Shown one piece after another: positions 1 to 12,700 of a stretch of 64,000 nucleotides of DNA. Both the position numbers and the translations under genes were made by a program. The notes beneath the pieces are model-generated. The model ran no database searches, had not been told where the DNA came from, and worked only from the letters and a program-made list of their open reading frames with translations. The stretch comes from Haplodiscus bocki (Eukaryota), in NCBI GenBank assembly GCA_965655095.1, contig OZ296650.1, positions 35,340,001 to 35,404,000 on the forward strand, written 5' to 3'. The number at the start of each line of letters is the position of its first letter. Position 1 is the first letter of the stretch.

Positions 1-511
1 TCAAATAAGCAACATTGTAAACCAGATAAAAATTTAGAAACTTTTATTTTGACTATAACCTGTGATTTTCGAGTATTACACAACTGTATTTATCGTTCCA
101 AACTTTATTACAAAGTAAAGATTCCATTCTTTTATCACACTACTGTGTGATGTCAGCATTTTATATAGAACTTCTAGATTCCTCGACAATGCCAGTCATT
201 TAAAAAAAAAAGATCAGACAAAAATCAATTACAAATTAAAGTCATAATGGCAGGAACTTCGAATCTAGAATAAAATTTGGATGATACATGTCTAAATTAA
301 AAACGAATCATCTAATGAATTGATATTGACGCTGATGTAATTTTACTTTACCGACGAATTAAACGAACTATTGCAGAAAGATTGTCTTTCAAGGTAATTT
401 TTGCTTTTCTATCAACACAAAAGTATGAAAATAAAATAGGCGGCAGTTCGTGCACAATAATTGAGAAAAGCAACGAGTGAGGTGAAGACAACAAAACAAG
501 GGCAGACTAGC

Positions 512-703
512 TCAGAAGTTTTTCAACATAGGGGCCGCATCATTAAACGTGTTGCCTTCTTCATCGTCGTCACTCGAGTCCAAATCCACTCGGAAATGAC
601 GCGACTCGGCGGAGCTCATTTTATTTTCACTGTTGTGCTGAAACGAATTTGTTGCCCGCCCGGGTCTTTTCGGACGTTTCCCTTCTACGATACAGGCTAT
701 GAC
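512..703 (-). CDS. TGN46/KCT2-like gene last exon (cytoplasmic tail)
   Basis: Acceptor ctttcag|GTC; VIACIVEGKRPKRPGR...DLDSSDDDEEGNTFNDAAPMLKNF-stop. Confidence 0.8.
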   Translation of the reverse strand, partial: VIACIVEGKRPKRPGRATNSFQHNSENKMSSAESRHFRVDLDSSDDDEEGNTFNDAAPMLKNF

Positions 704-3700
704 CTGAAAGATGCAATAGTGAAATCACGCATGTTCCCGTGAAGCATGACAATAACGAATCTCAAATAAACCCGAGAAAAAAATCTCTCAGTGATGGTGG
801 TTTAGGAAACTATTTTTGAAATTGCAGCATAGCGAGAACAGCAACAAACTCCATGGACTAATTGGACGTGAGTGCGAAATTTTCGGTGAACCTACAAAAA
901 ATTCTAAAGTTCTATTTAGCGTGAATTCTCAGAGTTATGGCTAGGCGCGGGTTTCATAGTTACGGCTTTATCCAACAAAAACTGAAATCCTTGTTGTTTG
1001 TGAGTCAATCAAATGCAAAGAGTGAAAGTCTAAATGTTCACATTGGGTTTTCAAATTATCAGATCGAAAATATCCACAGAGGCGAAGCGCAACTAGCAAC
1101 ACTCTCTGGCTTGTCAGTTGAAATCACGGATCCCGAAAGTCATTTGAAACCATGATCGGAGGTATGATTAACACCTTTAGAAACTCAACACCAGCTTTTA
1201 AGGAAGAGTTTGTTCAAATTGAGACCAGTACATGTCACAAGGCCTCATACTCGAAAATTTGATATTTAAATCACGTCTTTTCAGGTTACGCCATTTTGCT
1301 GCCCAATGTTTAGGAAGTTTGCACAGTAAAAAAAACGCCAAAGTACCTGCCAAAAAGGCCGTTTTTGATCGTGTATACTACACCACTAGACTCTCTGATG
1401 ACGTCAAAAAATACAAGTTTTGGAGAGGATGAAAAACTAAGCATAAACCGGTTTCAATACACATTCTGGCTTCCAGCCAGAATGTGTCATATAGAAAGTA
1501 AACAGATTAGGACAATTCATTTTCGATAAGAATTCACTTGGGCATTTAGAGGCTAAAAATCTAAACCTTTCTCAAGCAGTCTGGAAAATGTTCTCGGTTA
1601 ATTTTACGTCGAAAAATACAAGAACGAGATTCTTGAAATTACACTTTGCTGTTTACGGAAATTATCGTTCCAACCCAAAAGCTGGTGTCAATCACTCTCG
1701 GATACGATCTGAGTTATCGGATAAGCCATAACGGTCAAGTGTTTAATTAATTTAATTGAAATTCCATTTGAAGAGGAAATTTTCTTACTCGGTTCTTCTT
1801 CAAGGTGAGGGCGTACAAAATGACAATCACAAGTCCAATGAGCAGAAACCATGGCACATATTCACTGAATGAGCTTCGTTTTCCGTCTGTTAAAAATATA
1901 TTAACCTTAACAAATCCATCGCAGTAAAACTGAAACTACCAATTCCCTCGAAAAATCAAAGAAAACAAGGATAGTAGACATTGAGCTGGATCAAACGCCC
2001 AACCCCCCCCCCCCCTTATAATGCAATGGAGTGGAGATAATGAACTAGCGTCGTTATCATACATAATACAATTGGCTTGAAAATGCGCGTGCATGTAAAC
2101 TGCTTCAATCTGATTAGTTCAACTGATTGCTGCTCAGGTTCGGTTGGAGATTATGATCTAAAGGCATGCGTGCGGGAGAAGGGGATTGTGAACTTGATCC
2201 ATTGAGCTCTAATAATTAAGGAATCTAGCGAATTCAGGAAAAATTCCGTTATTCCCCCCACCACTACCCCACCCCCAGTGGATTATCCCCCCCCCCCGGT
2301 TGAAGCTATAGCTGCTGCTACCAATGTACAGTTAGCTAATTCGTGAATGTGCTAGCTATCTCAGTTGACATTTTCAAGCTTTAGGACTCAGATAGTTAAC
2401 GCGAACATTTTCTTTCCCATTGATAGTAAATGAAAAGCGTGAGCCAACACCATTGTCATGTAGTACTACGTAGTTAAACGGTAAAACTAACTTGACTTAA
2501 CCCCCATTACCCTCAGGGCTATCACAACTCCAACCTCAAAAACCATAGTACTATAACAAACAAAAACAGAAACATTTCTTTCTTTTATTTACGCAAAGGT
2601 CAGTTTAATATTTCTTTTCGGTCATTTAATTTTCTCAGCGCACATTTATTTCCAGGCCTGCCATTTTGTAAAGCTTAAATTTCCTTCGTATTTAATCGTG
2701 ATGCAGTATTATTAATCACCCCCCTCCTATTACCACGACTCTCTAAAATTGCATTTATTGGCTAAGCTTGCGCTGATTAATTGTTTTCGTTTGACCGAAT
2801 GTTTGAGCCACGCCGCCTATCGGCAATTTCTAATGGATGAGAAGTACATTTATAATCGCTCCCAATAATTTTTGAACACCTCACACTTTGTAATCGTTCT
2901 AATGCTGTAAACAATTTTGCTGAAAATATATGTAATCATACCGCTGTAAACCTTCATCTGAAATGTGAGTTCCCGTATAACAAAAAAATTCAACTCTTAT
3001 ACCTGCAAAAAATACATTTTCTCTCAGAATATTAGCCGCAAAAATTCAAGTCTTAGCCAAAATTAACCAAACCAAATAGCTCCCCACGCTAAGGGACCCT
3101 ATAGAAATTGGTGACAGTGTGTTTGCGAACCTCTTTCATCCAATTATTTTCACTTTTTTTGTTGCATTTGCAACTTCAGGCACTAATTTTTTTCGGCTGT
3201 TCTGACTTTTTGAGATGGAAATTGAGATGTCCCCGAGTCTTAGAACTCTGCACCGCTTTTAACTAAGCGAGAATAGGTTAAGTCCTGGTTTTTTCAAGCA
3301 GAGTACCGCCATTTGAGCAGACCAAATTCAATTAAAAAAAAAACCATTGAAGTAGCCAAATTCCATTTCTACCGTACCAGAACAGCTAGATTAAGACTAG
3401 GCGTAGTTCCAGTGTTTTCAGTGAGATTTTTTTCCTAAGTTTAACGCAAGTGCCTGTTTAAATTTTCCAACCGTCGTTGCGACGTGGCTCTATTCGTTTC
3501 AAAAACGTGATCTTGCATGTTTTTCACACAATATTTTCCGCTTTCGTCCGGTCCCGTCCCGCTCACAATCCCGTGTTACTTTTGTCAGTGTGTTCAGGCG
3601 CAAATTCCGCTCGATGCTCAGTTAGGTTCCGGTCAACCGGTCCCCGCGTCAATTAATTTTCTTCACACCGCACTTCTACGCCAACATTACGCTAACCATT

Positions 3701-6700
3701 TTCCAGAATCACTCACTTGGTCCTATGTGCAGTTCAGTCCTCCCGCTTCCGCGAAAGATCGCCATTATTTCTCCTTGTTGGCCGCTGCCTGGATCATCCA
3801 TTTGCAACTTTTGACTTTGAATCAACGCCTAGCGACTGTTTTGCCGTCCCGTTCGTCCGTTCCGCTCGCTATTCCGCCCGCTTCTGCCCCCGTACGCACC
3901 GCCTCGACGTCAAGTTCCGTAACCATCACGCCCGCTCCGTCTCGTTAACCACTCTGCACTTCATGTCGACACCTCCTACAGAACCAGAGTCGCCTCCCCG
4001 TACCGTTTCGTCCCGTACACCACCTGTCTACGCAGAGGTTTTTTCGGTCTCGGAAAACAACTACGCTCCCGCTCAATTCACATTCCAATCTATTGACCGT
4101 TTCCTTCTCGCACTTTTGTGTATTTGCGTCAAGTGTTTTCTCTTTCTTAATATGACTTTTGCGTTGTACCTCTACTTTCAATAATTAACTCTCTGATGGT
4201 CGGCACTACTGTCATTCCTCTCAACTTTCGTTGGTTGCCTCCTCATCTCCAGTTCCCGGTGTTCGTCCATGAACTCCAATGTGCTACCGATGGCTCTCCG
4301 CTTCTTCTCCGCCTCCTTCCAACTAGTCGTCTGAAGAAAAACTCATTACACATTTTACCAAACACTTATGCCTGGACCGATCTTCATAATTGCGTTCATG
4401 TATATCGCAATGAGACTGTTTTTGCTAGTGCGGTACACGAACATGAACTTCGTGAAGTACTTGACTATATGTCTATGAAATTGTGCTAGCTGTCGCGTAA
4501 CCTTGCTGTTCTCAACCCATTCGATATTATCGACAATGACTGCACCCGCTCCAGCCCCTAATTATTCCTGCCTTCTTCCGCCATCATTCACGGGTCTTAC
4601 CGATGTCGAAGACTTTCTTACACAATTTGAGGCCGTTTCCACGCTTTCCAATTGGGTCGCTCTGACTCCCGACCCCCGCCCGCATTTCCTTTCTGCTCGC
4701 CTCACCGGAGATGCCCTCACTTTTTACCGGTCCCTCACTACTGCCCAAAAAGGCGACTACGATGAACTCAAGCGTCTCTTCCGGCAACAATATAAACCCA
4801 ATGCCGACGTTTTGAAGGCCCAAGTGAAGTCCCTCCGCCAATTACCCGGCCAAGATGTGTCCGCTTTTCATCGGACACTCCGTGATCTCGCAGGCAAAGC
4901 TTATACCGACGATGCCGTGCGCAATGAGCTCCTCCTCACCACATTCACCGAAGGGTTGGCCAATTCCGTCGTTCGGTGGGAAGTCCGAAAGGCCAAACCA
5001 ACAGTGGTGGAAGATGCACTTAGTTTGGCACTTGAAATGCAATCTTATTTGAACCTCCACGGCCAACAGCCCGACACTCCTGCGGCGTCTGTTAATTTGA
5101 CTGGTCCTTCGCCGTACCAAAGTGAACTCTTTTCCGATCTCATCTTCACGATCAAGGAAGAAGTGAAACGAGTCGTAGATGAACGAAGCGGTCCCCCGCA
5201 AAGAGGCCGCAGTGGTGAACGTCCTACCAGCAGTCGATCCCAACAATCGGAATCGAACAACCATACGAATCAAAATCAGCGCCGCAATTGGAACCAAAAC
5301 CAAAGAAATCGCACCAGTAGCTAAGGTAACACCCCCAATAGAGGCCAATCGAACGATTCCATGAATCGGGTAAGTTTCAACAATTCTGGCACCAACTCCG
5401 CAAAAGAATGTCAACGTTGTCATCGTAAAAATCATGAGACTAAAGATTGTAAGGCCTGCTTCAAAAGTGGGCGCGTGGGACATTTTCGGCCACTATATAG
5501 CCACGTAAATGAACAACTAAACCCAACAACCTGCACGTGATAATTCTTATACTGCTGTTCATTTATCTGAATTACCTAAATGAATTTTACCCAGCAAAAA
5601 AAGTAAAGCTCCTTATCAGAGCGTAGAGCAATACAACACTGAACGTTGTAGGACAGTAAATGTCCACAAGTAAACAAAGCCCAACAAATGAACACGTTAT
5701 GTTTGAGCACTTCTTTGAAAGCACAAACAAATATACAGTAGTGTGAGAGAAGAAAGGAACCCTTATTTGTGAATTAATACTGGAACGATACATATACTTG
5801 CGAAATAGTCAAAAACAACAGAAAATCACAAATTATGTTAGAAAAAAAAGTTTCTTAGAATTTCATCTAGTTTACAATGGTGTTTGTTTGAAGCTTCTAG
5901 GATCATTATTATAGAAGTTAGGAGATTTTGCACCTCCTATGTATTAAGATAGGAGGTTGATTTTGCGTCACAACTTTCGATGTTTTAAGTACCTTCTACT
6001 CTCTTTTTGTTTAAATTTCATATATTTTCAAGATGTCCGTCATCCACTGATTACACTCAGAAGTTGGCAGCTCCCCAGTGTTTACACTATCAAAATGGCG
6101 AGACATTCTCTAAGAAAAAGTGGTCATCCCAATGTTAATACGTTGTAAAGGGTGTCATTTCTTAATGAATGTCTCGCCACTTTGATAGTGTAAACACTGG
6201 GGAGCTGCCAACTTCTGAGTGTAATCAGTGGATGACGGACATCTTGAAAATATATGAAATTTAAACAAAAACAGAGTAGAAGGTACTTAAAACGTCGAAA
6301 GTTGTGACGCAAAATCAACCTCCTATCTTAATACATAGAGGTGCAAAATCTCCTAACTTCTATAATAATGATCCTAGAAGCTTCAAACAAACACCATTGT
6401 AAACTAGATGAAATTCTAAGAAACTTTTGTTTCTAACATAATTTGTGATTTTCAGTTGTTTTTGAGTATTACGCAAGTATTAATAGCGTTCCAGTATTAA
6501 TTCACAAATAAAGGTTCCTTTCTTTTCTGACACCACTGTATTCAGTGAATACGTCTTTTGCGAGTCAGTAGACAGTGCACACAATTCACAAATCTCAAGT
6601 ACTTTCCAAGAAGCCGACTGCTTGCTGACGCTAGTTAAAGTAAATAAACAGGTATTTGCAAAAACGTTATTAAACAGAAACTTGAACCATACTGCTCAGC

Positions 6701-9700
6701 TGAGCATCAGCTAGGGGGGGGGGGATAATAATTTTGTCAGTAGGGCTGGGGGGAAATAGCCCAAAATTCCCATGGCGTCAAAAAATTGCAGACGATTCAA
6801 AGCGTCCAAAATTTTGAAGCAAACAATGGTCTACTGGTCAATTTCCGACGACTTGGGAATCAACAAATTCTCGACGCGATGAATGGTCACCAATTTGAAA
6901 AGCGAAAATGGGATGCCAATTAAATTGATAAAATTGAGAATATTTGAATCAATTACTACAGTACTTGAAATCGATAAATAAAGAGGCGTTCGCTCTAGAT
7001 GCGGGAGAAATTTAATATGAACGAATGAAAGTAAATAAGAAATAATTAACCGGCTTCACTTTATTGATCAGCCGGCTAGTCACGAATCGATTTGCAAAAG
7101 ATGCCATTCAGTTTAAAAAATTGAAAAACATGGCGCCCACAAGTCGAGAAGAGTCCTTTTATATAAGTTTTCTTTACCTGCAGTGTAAAAAGTAGGCGTC
7201 TTGAAATCGGCCAACTTTCTCCTATCTGAGCCGTTTGCCAAAGTTGCAAATTTAGAGTCTGAACTTGGTTCCATTATTTCACCACCCGATTTGACACTTT
7301 TGTTTGCAGTGAAAAAAGCACGGTCCACTGCCGCTTTTTCATCAACTTTATTCGCTATTGCTCCTGTGTTGGAAGAAGTAGACTTCGAAGCGGCTACTTC
7401 GACGACATCTTTCGCTTCTGTAATAGGTGACTTCGTTCTGTTTAGCTTCTCAACAGAATCAACTTGTGACACCGGAGCTGTACTGGGTTTTTGTTTCACA
7501 GCCACAGGATGTTGCTCACTAGACTGTTGCTTAGCTTGAGCTTCTGAAGCTGCTGCTGCTTTGCCCGAAACAACCTTGTAATCGAAATCCGGATTGGCAG
7601 CGTTATTCCTACTTTCATCTAAATACACGTATGGTAACAGAAGATATGATGGATCATCAATAAATTTAAAAATTGATTCTTGAAAACAAACTAGGGTACG
7701 GTCAGAAAATGTGACAAAAATCACCCAGAAGCAAACTTTTGCATTATATGTTTTTTTTTTTTGGGGGGGGGGGGCTTTTTAGAGCTGCCTTCTTCTGACT
7801 TCGGAAAAATTAGAGCAAGAAATCATGACGGAATAAAAAAAACCTTTTTTTTCAAAATAATAATTGGGTAAAAGGCCCAAATGAGCGATCTCGGACTTTT
7901 CAAGTTTCGGTCCATTTCGGCCAAAATCTTATCAAACCTCTAAGAGCCTTTCTATAGTTTTCGAAGCCGTCTAGTGCAAGAGATTATGATCTTCAAAAAT
8001 GTTTTTTTTTAATGAGAGTTCACTTGATTAAAATAAATCATCTGCATGTATGTTTAACCATCTGATCTGTCTCATGACTCCTGAGCCTCTTATTAATTCT
8101 CTGTTCTTCCCAAACCCTTGAACTACTCATCTAATTTTTTACCACCAAAACCGTTTGTAATCTCGAAGCAATTCTAAAACACAAGCATCAAAGGATTCTA
8201 GGAAATTTCTGCTCAGAAATTAGCACAGTCCAAATAGGAAGATGGCCAATTTCACGCAAACTGATTATTTTCAAAGTAAGCGAGAACGGCTAAAGTCGAA
8301 GAGGCCGGCATGGCTCGAAATTTTTGTTCAAGAAAATTCATCGTACTAAAGAGCGAATTTCGCGGCCAGCAAGGTAAATTGCCGGATATTCGAGTGGCAG
8401 CTAATCGTCGGATAACTGTACCACAATGTATATACAACTCATTTGACCGTCAAGCGGAAAATCAGTACAGTTATCGCTCTTCATGCAAAGCGTTAGCGAG
8501 AAAGCCGAACAGAAACGCTATTTTCAATTTGAAGTATTTGCCCATTTTCCACTTATTATCTAAGCAGTGGAATTTTTCTCTCATCCAAACAAAACACATT
8601 TTCCTGCACAATTTTGATCAAGCCGATGATATGAAACCAAATCAAACATCTGAAATGCTTCATGAACCTTCACTTTGGCGTTTTATCTGGTTATAGCTTC
8701 TAGGAATTTGACTGAAGTTTGAAGAAACTTGTTCAAACTGTCGCCAAAATCATTCATTTCAATTATGGGCAGCTAAAAATGCAGTAGCGATATCTGTAAG
8801 CACGCGGTGATATGTTGGTAGCACGCGGTAGCGGTCAAATCATTGGTACATACGGAAACCAACAAGCAATCTCCAACGAATCAAATTTGCCAGTTCACTG
8901 GTATTCAAGAAAACGAAAAGCCAGTGTAATAATATCGCTTGTTTTGCCCACCGACTAAAAGGAAAGACATCGGGAGACGGAAACTGATAGAATTTCAAAC
9001 AAACTTTGAGTAACTTATCATCTGAACGAAAGTGGACAGCTTCACTTAGTATCCACTTAAAATGAAGTGAATTACTTAGGAAATAGAAGTTGAAATATAC
9101 AGAGAAGTTTTCGCTAGCTATGCCAAATCAATAAGGGAACGAGCAATATCCACTTCTGGAAGCGAGGTCCCAAAACAACCATAGACGAGCTAAGTTGACT
9201 CGCTCCGAAACTCATTCTTCTTTCACTCTGGTGACCTGCTCGTGTGTGGCCGTTCGAGTGAGACTTGAGAAAAAAAGTAGAGGCACAAATTGTTTTGCAT
9301 ATATGACCGACGGAAATTTTTACTAGAAAAGTGCTGGCTCGCCAAAACATTCAACTGATTTTTAATATTGTTCAATACTCGAATAGAGAAAGATTTGTTT
9401 GTAACTGACGAACCGATTTCAGTTCAACAACTTTATCGAAACACGATAAAATGATAAACTGCTCCACTAACATCGTCCACATAGAAAAGGCTGTCGATGA
9501 AGCCGAAGATGAATCACCTTGAGTCAAAGCAGCTTGATATTGCCCACAAAAAACTTTTGAACAGTTGTGACGCGACATGAACAAATCTCAACACTAGCAG
9601 CAACCCTGACTTTACCAGCGATAACGAAAACTTTGCGAGTTGGGGACGCACAGAAAAAAAACGAAAGCTTCTCTGGCTGGTGTAAAATGCGTTAGCTTCA

Positions 9701-12700
9701 GCCGAGATGAAAAAAATGCTCTTCATTTAGAGAACACATTTCGAAAACCAACAAAACGATTTTCAGCAACATTTTGACCATCTGTAGAAAGCGAAAGAAA
9801 GGTCGAAGAACTCAGCCATTCAAATCAGTCCACAAGAAACGAGCTTTCGATAAACTCAAACGGTTGACTAGATAGTTGAAACACCGTTTTCAAATTTGCA
9901 CAGAATCGGCATTTTCTGTGCTTTGTGGCACTCATCTGCGACAAGCCATCTTATAATGACAAGGAACACAAAACGCTTCAATACATTTAGTAATTCTTCA
10001 GGAAAATCTTGGTCGAAAACGAGAAAATACAAAGATTTCGATACAACGAATTCTATTCGAAAACGGTGAAATAGTTTAGGTATTGAACACAAGACACGCA
10101 GTCACATTGCGATATTTTCCTCTCAGGGGTGTAGAATTGAATGATCAAACAGTCAACAAAAAAATTCACCGAATTTATGACTAATTAGAAAAACGTCGAT
10201 TGAGAGCTTGTGGGAATACTTCAAACCAAAAGCTTTAGAATGATGCGTTTGAATATCGACAAAATAACAAAAACAACTGCACTTTGCCGCGTTCTCAGCC
10301 TATCATGAAACTTGCTGTTTGTGAAAGAATCGAAGAATTTCAATTCGAAGGCCCTTTTCAGATAGAAGGCTGTCAATTAATACCTTGATGGAAGAAATTA
10401 ATTCAATTGTAATGTAGAAGAATAAATCTGAATCTCGGGATATATGAAAAGAAATCATTTTTTGACCCTATTGGACTATCAGGATTCTGACGTAGCAATC
10501 AGGATCCATGGTTTTTCTAATGAAAAGTTCTCCTCAAGAATAGAGCTGTGAAAAGAGCCTTTGATGGCAAAATGCAAGCAGGCCGTTAGAAAAATAATGA
10601 GTTTGAAAACCAAGATCTTTAATTAATAATTACATTTCTGATATTTTCGGCCTATCAGGATTCAGACGCCATGCAAAAACTTGCTAGGTTTTTCAGAGGT
10701 TCCTTTCAATTAGGAGGCTGTCGATGACCCTGATGAAAGATTTCAAACATTTCGTGTTTGAGAAAAATGAGTTTCAACATCCAGCAAAATCAGTATTTTA
10801 TGCTTCTTCTGGCATGCACGGATCATAGCAGCAGGTATTCCACGAAAAACATTTTCGAGGTTTCTTCGTTAATTTTGGCTCCTGAGGAACCCGAAAAACG
10901 AACGAAAACTGAGACGAATAAGCAGAAAAATGTTCAATTGTATATAAATGAAAAAATAAACATTTCAAACTGATTTATAGTTTTTATCGGCTTGTTAAAA
11001 AAATCGGGTGTTGCCAAAACTGCAATCTGTGAGGCCAGAGGTTTCTTTTGAACGATTTTTTCGAGACCTTGAGCGTAAAATTTTCGGGTGACTTGGATAT
11101 TTTGAACGAACAAAGTTTTTTTCAAAAACTTTGGTCTTGACGCAACCAGAATTAAGAATTGGATAAACAATCACCGGAAAATAAGTCCAAAAACTGAGTT
11201 GATGTTTTGATTTTCAAAGGATACATAAGAACGAAAAATAACAAGCCAAGCCAAGAATGGCCAGAGTCGTGGCGGTGCCCGTAGTGTTCGAATTATTTAA
11301 AGGCGGAGCAATGGATGTCTTGAATAGTTTTTTTTCTTCTCAATAGAGATCAATGGGCCAAAGTACACCGACAACCGTTTCCCCGCCGTAATTCGGTAAT
11401 AGCGGATTATTGAGGGCTTGAAAGAGTGGCAGAGTATTACCAAAGTTTTTCCTTGTATTTTCGGTCGGAAATGGAAATTACGAAGTACAGCCGAAAAGCA
11501 TGCATGGTAAGTTGAAAGAATTGGCGGTTATCCGAAAAATGAAACGAGTAGTGGATGCGAGGGATGAAGAGAGTACCGCTTATTGACAGACCAATACGGA
11601 GCGATTGCCTTTGAGGAAATGTCCACTTCATCCAAAGGAGGTATCACGAAAATTTACCGAAATTATATATCTGAATTAACACCATTTTTTGACCAATTCC
11701 GAGTTTCAGGATTCCGACAGGAAGGGAAAAATCATTAATATTTCAGAGTCAAATGCCTCCATATATAGAAAGCTTCTCATTGAGACCTTGATAGAAGAAG
11801 TCAAGCGAAAAGTTAATGAGAAAATTGAACTTGACCATCGAGATGTGCCAAAATTAAGAGCACTTCCTGCAGATTTTGCACTATCAGTATTCCAATGGAA
11901 GGAACAAATACAACTTTTTATGTTCTGAAGAGTAGTCCTCAGCTAAAAAGCTGCCGAAAAAACATTGGTGCAGAAAGTCAAGCCCGTAGTTTGGGAAGTA
12001 AGAATTTGAATACCGAGATCGGTAGAGCTATTGATAGCATTTTTGACACATGCGGCCTGTCAAAAGTCATAACCAAAGAAAAAAACTCGAAGTTTTTTTC
12101 CGAAAGGTTTTCTTCAAAAAAGAGACCATCGACTGAAACCCTACCCTGATGAAAGAATTGAATCCTGTAATTTGGGGAAAAAATGAGTTTCAAAACTCAT
12201 CAAAACCATTTTTTTTTGCTTTTTCCGGCATGCAGGGATAATGAAACGAGGTGCTTTTGGAGTGAAATTCAGAAATTTTTTCTTTTTGGTTCCCGAGGAG
12301 GCAAAGTAGCAAAAAATGTAGTATCAAGAATCAAAAAACAGCTCTTTTAATTTTACTTGGAACATTTTTTCCGAAGAAAGAATTAGATTGTTTTGGACCT
12401 CTTTTGAAGAATTTGGCGGTGTAAAAACTACATTCTGAATCTTCGGAGGATTATTTAGAGTCAACTTATTTTGAAAAATCCCGAAGTGTTGATAGTTTTC
12501 TGGACTTGGAGCGAAAAGTTTTCGGCGTGTCTAGGGGACAATTTTGATGGAAAAAAACTTTCCGACATTTTTTGATTGAGCGAAAGTTTTTCAGTAAGAT
12601 TCTTATTAATGCACTCTACGTGTCCGCGCTAACAATTTTTCCTCAAAAATTTCGCAGATGATTTAGTCAAAATAGGAGAAGTCTATATATTTAAGAGAAT

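Noticed and set aside
3100-3125. Primer-binding site/LTR for the gag element (TGGTGACAG)
   Set aside because: No second LTR and no clear TG..CA boundary to support it
4842-5483. 213-aa minus-strand ORF
   Set aside because: Antisense shadow of gag
5957-6318. Duplicated small protein genes (63 and 64 aa)
   Set aside because: Mirror ORFs produced by the MITE inverted repeats
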